Assembly: GCF_001194135.2 (NCBI RefSeq)
Contig: NC_068988.1
Span: forward strand, 71,587,508 to 71,651,507
Origin: Octopus bimaculoides
Lineage: Eukaryota
Reading direction: 5' to 3'
DNA: 64,000 nucleotides
Positions 50,160 through 63,677 of the stretch are shown here, piece after piece. Both the position numbers and the translations under genes were made by a program. The notes below the pieces were generated by a model. It saw only the letters and a list, made by a program, of their open reading frames with translations. It did not search any database and was not told the origin of the DNA. The stretch's first letter is position 1. Every line of letters starts with the position of its first letter.

Positions 50160-51461
50160 AAGCAACAACAATCGAAGATTATTTGTTAACAGTTACATGA
50201 CTGTCAATTTATAAAGTTTATATAACTGCTTTCTTTGACTATCTACATTTGCTGTTTATTATGGATCCAAATTACACTATTTTTAACGTAATTTGAATTT
50301 TCAAATTGCGTCCAGTGCTATTGCTCCAAATAAACTCTGATCTATTAGATTCTACTATCTCCTGGCCAGATAGTGTGTTGAACGTTTCTCTCTATCTCAC
50401 ATATTCGTGGCTCTAGATATTCCACGTCTCCATCTAATTTCAAACCATACTTCACCCTCTTAGGCAATGAAGAATGACAGACAGTGCCTGGTGTGATAGA
50501 TATAGTGTTCTTTATTTTATACTGTGATATATATGTTATAATATATACCTATAGCTTCTCTTTCGTTCTTGAAGTGCTCTGACCGAGTAAGTCTTTAATT
50601 GAGGTCCATCAAACCACCACTATCCTGTCACTTCCTTTAATTATTACGATTTTTTCTTGTATGCACAGTCTTTTCATATGATAAGCTATGATTTTAGGCA
50701 GTTTCGTAGGTCGAATGACTAGCTTTTGTACTGAATACGTAAGAGGAAGGGAAGATGAGTTGGTTTCACAGTTGTTCTTCTGTATATGATATTGATGGTA
50801 TACATCACAATGACTGAGCGAATAAGATTATTGGGTCTACAGGCATTACTCTATATATTATTCTGTTATAGTTGTGAGGTTTTTATCACAATGTGTACGT
50901 TTTAACGATAAAACACTGTTACATCATGCTAAAAGCATGATGTTGTAACAGTGTTTTGATTGATCTATTTTCATCTTAGTGTTTTTAGTTGATTTTTCAT
51001 GTAGCAGCAGGGAATTATCGTTATAGCAAATAATTTGTACTCCTTGCATGTACATCTCTTCTAACATCTTTAGCACTTCCAGGTTTTGTCTTGTACAAAG
51101 GACAGATTAGTTTATTCAGAAAACCCACTGACAACCCAACGTATACAAATTTCATGCTGAGGCAATTATTGTAATAGTTCGAAAGATTGTCTCTTTGACT
51201 GATATGGGTTATTTACTTAAATGTAGATTGAGGATAAATCATTAGTTTCTGCAGAGTTTTAAAGTAGCATCAATCATCTACCACTGAAACTTTCAACGTT
51301 GAATTCTCTGAAGAAATGGTACAGGATATAAGTATATACTGGAGAAGAATATGTGGGTCAATGATATTGTGTCGCACAAATTTTTCAAGACCACGTCCTT
51401 GTTTTGGACAAGAGGGAAGCACCAGAACCGTTTAATCTGGTAATATTACTGAGAAGCATTA

Positions 51462-53195
51462 CACTGAGTGACAAAAAATGCTTCGTTGTCTTGCATTTTA
51501 CAATTAGTCTACCTAATGTGATGGTGCTGGGTTACGAAATGGCCTCAGAAATTTTCTATCACGTCAAATATTTTGTTAAGCAGGAATTAATTTGTTTACC
51601 AAAAATGTCAATTTTGCCATTAATTGCAATACTGAAATAAGAAACTAACAAACCAAATAGTACTTTTTATTGTTTAACAGATACATTATACAGAATTTTT
51701 AATTACACATCTTAGAATAGATATTTCTGCCAAACTGGAGTTTCAGCTGCTCAAGGAATGAACTTTCGCTTTGCTGCTTTATGTGAATAAACTGCATCAC
51801 ATGACAGTCTCTTTGCAGTGATCAGCAGTAGACAACACCATGTTGTTGTCCCACCAGCCTTGATACCTACTAGTCTCCATGTTCTCAATTTCTTGGTTGA
51901 ACCTTTAGCCTTGCTCATCACTCATTGCCTTATTATTTTCAAGGAAGTAGTCCAGATGACTTTGCAAGAAATGCATATTTACACTCATATTGCAGCGCAG
52001 TGCTCGAGAATTGGTTAACAGGGTCTGCACAAGATCTTCATAATTTGATGGCTTCCTGTTTCCCAGGAAATCAGATACGACTTCAGCAACAGCATTCCAT
52101 GCTTCTTTTTCAATACCAGACATTGTCTCCAAAAATAGCTCGTCCTGCAATAGCCACCTAATATTTGGCCATCAAGCACACCAACCTTAATTTTCTTATA
52201 AGAGAAAACTGGAAACATCCTGCTTAAGTAATTGAAGCAATCACTATGTCAGTGTTTTAACACATGTTTTGCACACCATATGACTTTGTCTTATCACCCA
52301 GTTTCATGCTAACGTAAGGCAGGTAAGTTTTCTTCACAAAGTCTGTGATTTTGTTTCACTGCCTCACCCAGAAATAAGCTGAAGACATCGGGACTGTTTT
52401 TACATTGTCTTCTCTCACAACTGAGCACATTTCTGCAGCACAAAACATATTCAAGGCAGTTGTTACCTGGGAAAAGCATTTCAGAATAGTCAACAGTTAT
52501 AAAGTAAGCAAATGCAGATTTGTGATGGCAAAGTTTCATAAAGAGCATACACACCATGAAGTTCTTTCTACAGTTTTTTGTCCACGCTTGACAAAATGTG
52601 ACCTTGACTCATGGGACCTCACACTTAGAACATTAAGGGCACATTTAAAATATCAATTTTCATAAGAATAGCTAAAAGTTCAACAAAACACATCTCTACT
52701 TTGCAATGACAGTCAAACTAAATTAAGTAGAGAGTGAGCATATCTGCAGACAAGTCCCGCAAATATGAGACATGTATGGTGTCAAGGACCACAAAAATAC
52801 GTTGTTTCTTAGCATCTAATGACATAAATGGCATTTCTGTCATCATCATGACATTTGAAACTGGTTAGATTGAAAATACTGAAAGTTGCTCTAGTTTGAT
52901 GCATTTTATTTCCTGAAGATACTGAAATCTTGACTTTTGTTTTCACTTTTGTAGTTGTATTTTCTTTAAAGGACAGTAAAAAAACACATGTTTTCAAATA
53001 TATGTCAAGCGCCATAAATGGGTTCGCATTTGATGAAGTCAAATCTACCTTTAGAAATAGTGACAATACCAGAAATGTTGAAAAATGGATAACTGAGTTT
53101 GTGAAATATTTTGACGTGATAAAGGAAAATGGATTTCATTTTTGAAATCAGCACCCCAGAAGTAATAGGAAACGTTCCCCATTGTTATTAGTGTT
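51462..53195 (-). mobile_element. Degenerate DNA transposon, probably Chapaev3-like (CMC superfamily)
   Basis: Terminus CACTGAGTGACAAAAAATG. Transposase fragments EKEAWNAV..FLGNRK..NY..LV, CNMSVNMHFLQSHLDYF..MSDEQG*RFNQEIENME..RYQG. Superfamily assignment from memory; right end approximate. Confidence 0.6.
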
Positions 53196-54336
53196 GAAAG
53201 CAGAAAGGAAAGAAAGGTGACTAAATAAAGTACTAGGTCAATGTTTTCTCTGGTTCGACCATTCCACTACTCCTTCTTCGTTATAATAGTGAGTATTAAC
53301 AAGAACAGTGATGATGATGATGANNNNNNNNNNNNNNNNNNNNNNNNNNNNNNNNNNNNNNNNNNNNNNNNNNNNNNNNNNNNNNNNNNNNNNNNNNNNN
53401 NNNNNNNNNNNNNNNNNNNNNNNNNNNNNNNNGAGGATGTTTTGTAAAAAAACCTCAAAGTTTCATACTTTAAGAGATGTTTCTGATGCGCGTAGTTTCT
53501 GAACAGTATTAGTGACATTAGAAAGACAGCTAAAACTTATATTAGCACAGGTTATTAGAGATGCATGAAAATGTATAAATAGGAGCTTTAATGTCGAGAG
53601 CTAACTGAGGGTACTACATTTTAATCATAATTATAGCAACTTTATTTCCACTTCCACTAATGTAGATCTTTTCCCCTTTCCACTACTGAACTGTTATTTA
53701 TTCATGGATCTTGCAGCAGCCTTATTGATTTATTCACCGCAACAGGTATTATATTCATCTTGGTCAAATTATAAGCCAATCAATTCGAACAGTTATATAA
53801 TTTTGAAATTATATTATTAGTGTGATGATCACTTCTTCGTTTTGTAATCAGTCAGATATTGAAAGATTCTGGTCTCAGTCATTTGTGAAAGGTTGCGTGA
53901 ACAGAATGAAATTTGAAGGATAATATGTATTATACTAGCAGTTGCTTATGAATAATATATTTTGATGCCCTAAAAAACAATATCACTTTTTCTCCTACAA
54001 ATTTCTTATATAACTTTCTCTTTCTGTTTTGATTTATACTTTTTTGTTTGCTATTACGACTGAAAGGAAAATTTGGACGTAATGGCTTTTCTTATTGAAT
54101 AGTGGTTATTATTCAAGGGAAGTGTGGATGCTTTTAAATAGCTAATCCCTGGGATATAAGGATATATATCTTCAAATATAGAATAATATATATTTCTTCC
54201 AGATAAAGAGCAAAGAAAACAAAAAGAATCGACCATAATCACACCTGTATACTCACATTCACCCACCCACATGCACTCGCGCGCACGCACACACGCGCGT
54301 ACGCGCACACATGCAGACGCGCACACGCGCACAGAA

Positions 54337-54372
<36 letters not shown>

Positions 54373-54405
54373 TTATGTTGCCCCAGCATTGCCACAGCCT
54401 TTGGG

Positions 54406-54467
<62 letters not shown>

Positions 54468-54549
54468 AGAATTCGCAAAACAAAAAAACAAAAGACGAAG
54501 ACAGGTGGTATAGAAAACAAACAGATGTATTAGTATAACATACATACAT

Positions 54550-54583
<34 letters not shown>

Positions 54584-54590
54584 TTCTGAA

Positions 54591-54850
54591 CATTATTTAC
54601 ATTATTTACATTTGACGGATATTTGTCCTTATCTTGTTTGTTGCTAACACAACGTTTCGGCTGATTGCTAAGGTAATTTTCGATGTTGTTATCATTATTA
54701 TTATTATTATTATTGTTAATATTCAGGTCACTGCCTGGAATCGAACTCGGAATATTGGGGTTAGTAGAACGCGCTCTTAACCACTACGCCATATGCCCGT
54801 GTAAATAATATAAGTAATGTACATAATTCCTCATCTCTTAAATGTAGAAC
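54591..54850. mobile_element. Hammerhead-pLTR family copy with tRNA-like head, 10-12 bp TSD
   Basis: AGATATTCTGAA at 54579-90 and 54851-62. Minus strand 54798-54723 GGGCATATGGCGTAGTGGTTAAGAGCG..CCGAGTTCGATTCCAGGCAGTGACCTGAA, then (AAT)n and a half-deleted hammerhead. Direct 3' end 54802-54850. Confidence 0.8.
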
Positions 54851-55639
54851 AGATATTCTGAAGTATAGAATTATGTAAACAGAAAGCAGTGATTACACTT
54901 TTGTCAGTTTAATACAGCATATTCTCCCATATATTAAACTTGACTTGTGCTTGTGTCGTCGACATAAGCGTAAATTTTGGTTCATATTCTAGTGATGAAT
55001 TTAATTGCTAAGTCTATTCTTTTATTATTCATTAAATGGCCAGTGGTGAGCCATCTATCCTTTCTTTTCCCATCCATTTATAAATTTGCTTTAAATATAA
55101 AACAGTTTTCATTCTATAAGCTACACCGTTTTCCAAATGTATGATTTCTGCAAAAAAACACCCCGCTCACTGTGTAAGCGGAAGAAATATCGTATTAATC
55201 ACACATTCTCTTGAACGATAATTTTAGAGAACTGATTCCTCAAATGAACGTAAGGAAATTATTAAATGTGGCTGAATTCAGATCAATAGTAGCAGGACCC
55301 TCGCTCCCTCCATTGATGTTCAGTGCCACATTCATCAAGAATGTGTTTAACTTGAATCTTTATAAAATGCGAGAATTGTTATATCCTCCACTCATTATTA
55401 AACTAATATAATTATCTTTACCTTATAACTGAAAATTATAAGAGGTTCAAGCGCAATTTATACCTCATTCAAGCCCAGAGCATGATTATACTCACTTTCA
55501 ATAAATAATTGTTCATTGAAGAATTTCTTGATATAAAATTCTCAGAACATGTTATTTCTCAAACTTCATCCATTGTACTTAATTGGTCAACTCTGATAAA
55601 TCATTTCTGGTGTGTGACCTTTCAATAGTAAAAGTTGCT

Positions 55640-55800
55640 AAGACATGCAGAAATGCTAACATGCCGGACGAAACGCTTAACAGTATTTCGTTCGTCTGTA
55701 CATTCTAAGTTCTAGTTCCGTCGACGTTGACTTTACCTTTTATCCTTTCTTTCGGGATCGAGCATTGGCCAACTGCCAAAATTTGAAACCAATATTAAAA
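55640..55800 (+). mobile_element. tRNA-derived SINE (decayed); another copy at about 56460-56636
   Basis: Matches the 11356 family body and the CCAAAATTTGAAACCAAT tail. Confidence 0.6.
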
Positions 55801-58599
55801 GCTGCTGGCCTCCTTCAATTTTCTAAATATTCAACTAATTTCATTCAGTATTATAATAAAAATAGCTTACCTCTAGTGTTTTGAATCTTATTTCATATGA
55901 GTAAAAATGTAATTCTGAATCATATTTCCTATCGAAGGAAAAACTTCATCACATGACAAGCATTGCAAAGTTAAGAAGAAACATGTACATTCTTATAACG
56001 CTATTGTAGAATGTTACTTGGAGCAAACGAATTTATATTTCCAGTTCCAGCTATAACGTAAAGATATAAAACAATGAGTTAATGAAACGAATATGAAGTT
56101 TGAATTTTTAAAAACTGACATTATATCACTTATATTATTCTTTCATATAATCCAGTAATTCCACATGTCATTAAAATGGATTTGTTGAAACGAAAGTGTT
56201 TGTTGAATGAACACGGACATGGTGAGGCTTCCAATGAAATAGCTACAGCAATTGAAATGCGATGTTCATCAGATATTAACAGATTTGTAGCAATCATTGA
56301 AGTTAACCTTTGACATGCTTATTTTGAAGCCTAGTGGGTATGAACATAATTTCTACTCGCTGCATATGAGTAAAAATGTAACGTGGTTTATATATAGAGC
56401 CGTGCTGAGTACATTGATTTTTACATTGACCTTTAATAATTAGATGTAGATTCAAGACAGCGAGTTGGAAGTATCGTTAGCATGTCGGACAAAATGTTAA
56501 GCGTTATTTCGTCTATCTTTACATTCTGCTCTCAGGGGGTCGATAAAATAGGTACCAGTTGAGCACTGGGGTCGATGTTATCAGCTAACCTCCTTTTCCG
56601 AAATCGCTGACCTTATGCTAAATTTTGAAACCAATAATTAGATGTAGATTTGTTCAGCGAGATTTCCTAATTTAGACCTTGTAAAGGTTAATGATCGTAT
56701 TACTTAAGTATGAAGTGTATAAAATCTTGTGATGGTCGTCATCCTAATCAGCCAACAATCATGATTATTTATTAAGTTAGGAACTATGAAAATCTTATTG
56801 AAATGTAACTGTAAAGGAGAGAAACAAAATTTTAGGGTGGTCCTTTTGTCAAAGATTCAAATTTTCCCCGACACTAACATATATATTTATGTCTTAACAT
56901 ATATATTCTAACTGGCAAAGGTTGAGGAAACTATCCTCCTAATTTATGTTGCACATGTAATCCATAACGATGTTGCATAAAGGCCACTTGCATCTACATT
57001 GCATTATTCACAGATAAATACTTATAACAAAAACCGATTCTGTATTATTTACCAAGTATAATTACTAACCATATATCAAATATGATCAGCTACTCTGAAA
57101 GTTTTCTCTTGATAATAATGAACAATAAATTATTTACATACGAAAGTTAGATAGCTCGCCAAATGTTATTTCTTATCAAGATTTATAAGCAGTTTTAGAA
57201 TGTTTATAAAATGTACATATTGGTAAAAAAAAAAAGAGAAGAAAACTTGATATATATATTATCAACGTTGAGTATTTTAAAAGATTAATAAGGTATTCAA
57301 ACTCCAAGGAAAATACATTACATTGACTGATTGTATACTAGTTTGAAAGTATTACCAGAAAACTTTTAAAATTTGCAAGCAAATTTACTCAAAATTATAT
57401 GTCAAGTGTGCCTGGGCAGCCAGAAATATGTTCTTCATTTCACAAAATTAATCTCGAAACATACTCTGGACATTTATTAGCGTTAAGCCTGACATGAACG
57501 AAATATGCTTTAAGTTATTTCCATTTGAAATTAAACCGATGATGATAGACCCACTTAATTGGTATGTTAGTTCACCTGGAAAATTAAAGGAATTGCCAAT
57601 GATAATTAAATTGTGTATATGCATGGCTGAATTTGAACCATTAAAATATTCCAAAGCACTTTTTCCAATATGATGGGTCGAAATGACCCACATTACTGTG
57701 CTTTGTAACATGTATGTTTGAAAATGCTTTCATTTCAGTGAATAAATTACAAAATGTTGAAAAAATAAAGTTGGAAGTATGCATTAGAGGAAGTATGAGT
57801 TCGAAATTAGGCACAGAAATGCATATATATTAGAGAGACGCCAATCTCAAAGACCACGTCCAAGGAAATTTTTTGAACGCTTATAACTTCATTTTCGGAT
57901 GAATGAAAACTTTGCAAATATAATGGGAAAAACCTTACAAGAGAGCGATAGTTAAAAAAAAAAGAAGATAGTTAGGTTAGTCTAAAGGAAATTCTGAAGT
58001 CTGTCTGAATTCTATCTAGACTAATTAAGTGGACACATTCTATCAAAGATGCTGCAAAATATCCTATAGTTTATAGTTAATTAATTTCGTCTTCCTTAGA
58101 CATAGTGAAATAGCTATCTATTGTCATTTTGAAATGCCCTCTGGGTAAAGATAAAAGAATTCCTTGTGCATTAAATTACATAAGCATGAATCTATATAAC
58201 TTCGTTGTTCGAATTCGTCTGTATATCTAAGTCCGTATATGTACATATGCATATATTCACATGTGTATGTAGGTTACATATATATATATATATANNNNNN
58301 NNNNNNNNNNNNNNNNNNNNNNNNNNNNNNNNNNNNNNNNNNNNNNNNNNNNNNNNNNNNNNNNNNNNNNNNNNNNNNNNNNNNNNNNTGTGTGTGTGTG
58401 TGTGTGTGTGTGTGTACGTTTTTACACATAAAGTTGAAAAGCGGTTAAGAGTTCATGCAAATGAAAGGTTATAGGTTAAAATTAAAAGTGTACAGCATGG
58501 AAGTAGGTTTAATGATTCTTTTACCTCTTTTTCTTTAATCGGACAGGATAAGTATTTTAAAATTTCATACATTAAATGACTTTTATAGAATATAAGCGG

Positions 58600-59098
58600 T
58601 TTCGGTGTTTATGACCATTTTATGGAAAACCACAAAGAGAAAAATGATAGCTTCCCCCAAAAGAACATATTTCCAAAAAGCAATTCTTTCCAACTGAAAA
58701 CTGTCAGCAATACAATTAAAATTACATTGTATTCTTTACACAATGAACCCCACCTATAGGGAAAATCCAGTTTTACTTATTTGGACATCTAATACAATAT
58801 ATACGCATATATACACAGCTGAATACATGATGAATAGAAAATAACTCTGCTATTCACTTCAATTGAATTTTTGTCTCTTGACCTCTTGAACCCCATTCCA
58901 AACCCCTGCAAAAAAATATATATTCCTCCATTCCTGAGAATAATCCCCACAATGCACTACCATGTAACTGCAGCCCTGAGATCATTTCCCCTCTACAAAT
59001 CCTTTGCAGAAGGTCTAACGTAATTTACAAATGCACCGTCCTCAACAGGCTACAATTCTACAACTACATACACACACCCACACCTACACACACACACA

Positions 59099-59138
<40 letters not shown>

Positions 59139-59640
59139 GGATTTTAAATGTCTTGCCCGCTTACGTTTTGGATTGCTGCTATATTTCATGTTGAGAACAA
59201 TTTAGGTCTTAATAGACANNNNNNNNNNNNNNNNNNNNNNNNNNNNNNNNNNNNNNNNNNNNNNNNNNNNNNNNNNNNNNNNNNNNNNNNNNNNNNNNNN
59301 NNNNNNNTATATATATATATATATATATATGGTCAACTGTAAATTTTAGACAGAGATACGCTGAATATCTCACTTCTTTTAGATATGAGAAACACAGTGA
59401 ATCCACAACCCTCGCCAGTCACATGTATCATCTTAAAATATGTATATTCCATATAACTTACCATGGTCCATAAAAAATTCAGGGCTTCCATCCCAGGGTC
59501 AACGCTCAGCCTGTGAACTTGTGAACTATGCCTAAAAGAGGCATGCTACATATTAAAACATATCTCTTCACTACTACTAAATAAGTATGAGGCCTTAGAT
59601 ACATGCAATCGCCGCTTTTTCCATACCTTCAAATTTTACC
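58600..59640 (+). mobile_element. Neptune-type PLE linker + GIY-YIG remnant (split by CA tract and N gap)
   Basis: HNALPCNC..PLQILCRRSNVIYKCTV, then FRQRY..SFR..ESTTLASHMYHLK..PWSI..CELCLKE..LLNK. Confidence 0.7.
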
Positions 59641-60698
59641 ACAGATGTAGATGCAACCTAAATCACCACACAGTCCATATACCGAATGCCCGTTAGGTAA
59701 CATCCAACAACCTTATTTGACTTTCCATTTTCTCGATATTTTTAATTTTTTAATTGTTTAATAATATATATATATATATATACACCTATATATATATATA
59801 AATGTATGCATATGTGTATGGATACATGTATATGTATATGTGTGACCATGCTGGCCTATATAATAGTGTATATACACATATGTATGTGTTCGCGTGTGCA
59901 TATAACTACAAGCATATTTTTTCTTTCACCGATTTGTCAGGCCCCACTATCCCTTTAGCTAATACAATCTCTGACTTAATATAAACGCCTACGTCTATTT
60001 TTAGTAACTTGACCGTTATATCTTCTTGTTCTTTCCTACCTTTTTGAAGTTTACCACTCACTTTAAGTGCCCGCTTCCATACCACATTCCTTATCTATCT
60101 CTACACATAAGTGGCTTTTCAAACATATCACCCCACGTCCCACTGCTCACACACATTCCTTCTTTACATACTTATCTCTTCCTTCTAGCCCTTCTCCTAT
60201 TCCTTTTATCTACTGATAGGTCTCCTCTCTTCACTCCTCACAATATCTTGACCACCATCTAGCACTCCTGTTTTTTCCTTTCCTGTTCCTCTTTATTTCT
60301 TCTGTCCTCCCCTAATTCTATTGAGCAATACCTCTTTTCTTCCTTCTAACATACTTATCTACACTCTTCTTTCTATCTACTTCCCCCTATCAGTAAACTC
60401 TCAAAATTTCATTTGCACTACAAGATCCCTTTGACTGAACAGCACATAGAATTAATATTTGCATATTATCTATTTGTAATAACAAAATACGAACTCCTAT
60501 CGGAATTTACATACCACAACAAGAAGCTTCCTCACACATTCTACACAGCACATTCCTTGCATAATGTAACAACAACTTTCACATCCAAGATATATTTTTA
60601 CTATCATATTTCCCTTTATACTTCCTATATCTCTCCCTTTCCAAAATATGTTCTTATCTTGAACTCTACTGTTTCCTTCTATTTAACTCTCTCATAAC

Positions 60699-60746
60699 GT
60701 CTCCGATGATGGGATATCTTTTATAACCCTGAAACAGCTGTAAGAC
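60699..60746 (+). ncRNA. Minimal type-I hammerhead, second family (U4C-mutated)
   Basis: GTCT-CCGATGA-T-GGGATAT(CTTTT)ATAACCC-T-GAAAC-AGCT-GTA-AGAC: stem I GUCU/AGAC, palindromic stem III ACAGCUGU, GUA triplet. Confidence 0.6.
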
Positions 60747-61394
60747 TACCTTTCGCTTTATAAATGTCCTAAACATTTCACACAGCCTTGGCTTTGTTGT
60801 CACATTGTATTTCATATATACACGCTCACACACGACCCGCATTAGACTCCTAAGTCTTATTATTATCGAACAGGGAATGTAACAGCGGTCCTTCCGTAGT
60901 ACTTACATAGCCTTACCTGTCTTTTAGGTCTTCTGGATGCCAAAACCTCTGATATTATATATATATATATATATATGGTCCTGCGCTCACACCATAGCAT
61001 GTCTTGAGTCCACACGGGATACTTGAAATACGTAACATCATAGTAATTGGGTGATAGTGAAGCTACTTCTTCATATTCCAGGCTTTGATTCCACAGAGAT
61101 CAACTCTCTGTACACATGCTGTTGTTGATTTTGAAAACGCTTGATTGGCAGATCTAGTAAAGCTTGGTATAAGTACTCCAAGACGTTGTTCTTTCAGTCA
61201 GCAACATACGATCCATGGTAGCTGAAGACACTGACTTCTTTCAGTTATATAGAACTATTGGAACAAATTAGCATGTGGGTCAGAGACTATATATTTAATG
61301 ATCTTTGCATTGAGAAGCAGTCCTCTGTTGTCGAGTTGAATATTGTGTCATATCTAATATTATATCTAAAGTTATATTTTAGATTTTACTACAG

Positions 61395-61518
61395 CCTAAT
61401 GAAAGATGAAGCTATTGCCATAGACAGACTCCATGAGTTTCAGGACCATCTAAATCTAATTGAGGACGGCGATCACCGGCGTAGCTTGGAGAAACGCATC
61501 TCGGTTGCAGCTGCTTGA
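61395..61518 (+). other. Candidate terminal coding exon of an unidentified host gene
   Basis: Acceptor-like TTTTACTACAG| followed by GC-richer LMKDEAIAIDRLHEFQDHLNLIEDGDHRRSLEKRISVAAA*. No homology recognised. Confidence 0.25.
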
Positions 61519-63379
61519 AGAATTACTTATCCTCTCCCACCCACACACACGCACACTTTGCGCACACAGAGAATATGCACACACAGAGACAGGCAGATAG
61601 CTAGATAGATGGATAGAGAAATATTCTTAGCCTGGTTCAGAATATGATTTGTTCTCAGAACTTATTGGTTAGTAAAACAAATGTTCTACCCGGGAATTAT
61701 TGTGGACACTTAATTCTTCTCAGGACACAAAAATTGGAATTTACAATATATGTGAATTAATATTGAGATTATAATAATTGATTTCGAAGTGGAAAGTAAA
61801 GGACATTCTATCATGCTAACAAGTGGACGAATTCATTAAATTCCGATGAGTTGTCACTCATCAAGGAAAGCAAAATCAACTTTTGAAATTCAGTCATCGT
61901 TGTATGAAATCGATTTGCAGTAGAAGCTATAAGAAATTTCGTCGATTTTTAGTTTTTAGTTCAAATATTCAGACGTATGAGGTTTTGAAATGCTTGATCT
62001 TATGTTAAGAAAGGAATTAGCAGCAGCATTCAACTAACTGTGTAACTATATATAAATCTAGCACGCTTCACCTTCTATGCACGTTGTCCGTCATGTGCAT
62101 GTGACTTACGAAAGGACTTACAACGAAATGTTCTGCTAATTTCCTTGTCAGATTCATTCTACATTTTCCTTCAATATATGGTGAAGGTACTCATGCAAGG
62201 AATGCCATAAATATTCATTATACTAGATTTGCTTTGATTTCCACTGGTATTGTATCAAATGATTATTTCACTGACTTAAGCAGCAAAAGCTCTCAATTCT
62301 ATTAGACAATATATCAAAACTCCAATCTTACTCTATCAGTTTTTCACTTCTATTGTAATGAAGCGTTTGTGAGAAATCGTAATATGAGGTTAATATTTGT
62401 GATATTTTTTGTTTACTTTCTAATATACATATTTTTGTTGACTTTCCTTTTAAAGAACAATATATCTTATATGTTAGATTATTAAATACATAATAATATT
62501 GTTTCATGGGCATGATATATATCATATACCATTGATATCGGCTTAAATTAACACTACTTGAAAAAGTTAATTTAGGGGACCTGTGAGATACATAATAATT
62601 AAAAGAAAAGAAATCTGATAAAAACAATGAAATATCACCTTACAACTTTGAAGTGATCATATACACAGACATACAGTCAACTAGGGTGATTTAAGTAATG
62701 GATCGAATTTAACTGACATTTAAGAATGGAGTACAACAGCTGACATATAACGAACGACGTAATGTTTTCAAGACAAATATTTTGTTTGAAGTGATGCTGT
62801 TACTTCTGCCTCATATACGACGGAGTTTATTATACATGCTTGGTCAAGCTGTATATTTTAATCTATCGTTTGTTAAAATCTTTCTGTATTTGTGATTTAT
62901 TAGAAAATGCTTATCTAAAGGAGACAAGTATTTATTGCCTACGTTACTTTTAGAATTTAGGGATAAAGTGAGGGTGGAGACAAAAAATTATTTTCCTTGT
63001 TCCATTTTAATTTTCTCTCTCTATATATTTTTCTTTCTTCTTACTTTCTCTCCATTTCTTTCTATCTTTTTCTATCTCTTCCCCCCCTCTTTATTCACTA
63101 TTTGTCTCACTTGCCTTTCACTCTCCCTCTCTTTTCTTTCGTAGCCCCTTTTACATTCAATCTAAATTGTTTTCTATTTCTCTCTCAAAATTCTTGCAAA
63201 ATGCTTCACCATCTACACAATTTTTGTAACTTAATGCAACAAGGTGTTCCCTGCTGATGCGTTCGGGTTAAGTCTCCAACACACTCAGAATATCCAATAT
63301 AGGGTCCCAGGCAACCATAACACTGAAATACACGTAAGATATAATAATATAAGCTTGTGATTATCGTAATTCCTGATAA

Positions 63380-63525
63380 TAGACACGCGGGTAAGCTGAA
63401 AAGTTCTCGGCTTTAAGGGTACCACGAAATGTCTGGTTGAAGAAGTAAATTCCCGAATCTTTTTCGGGGACTTAGAAAAACTGAAGGATCGCTGCAATAA
63501 GTGTGTGAATCAGAGACTGGGTAAG
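63380..63525 (+). mobile_element. Mariner-derived remnant
   Basis: TIR-like CGCGGGTAAGCTGAAAAGTTCTCGGCT and the transposase C-terminal motif DRCNKCVNQR. Confidence 0.45.
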
Positions 63526-63677
63526 GTCCAACAACTGACAAGCAAATCTGTGGTATTAAGCAGAATATTTGCTGTAGCCCATCTTTTATACCAAGAAAAA
63601 AACAATGTACATGATAACACTTCCAATCAATTAAGATCAGAAACCATGAGAGCCACTGCCAGGTACTGCATCCGGTC

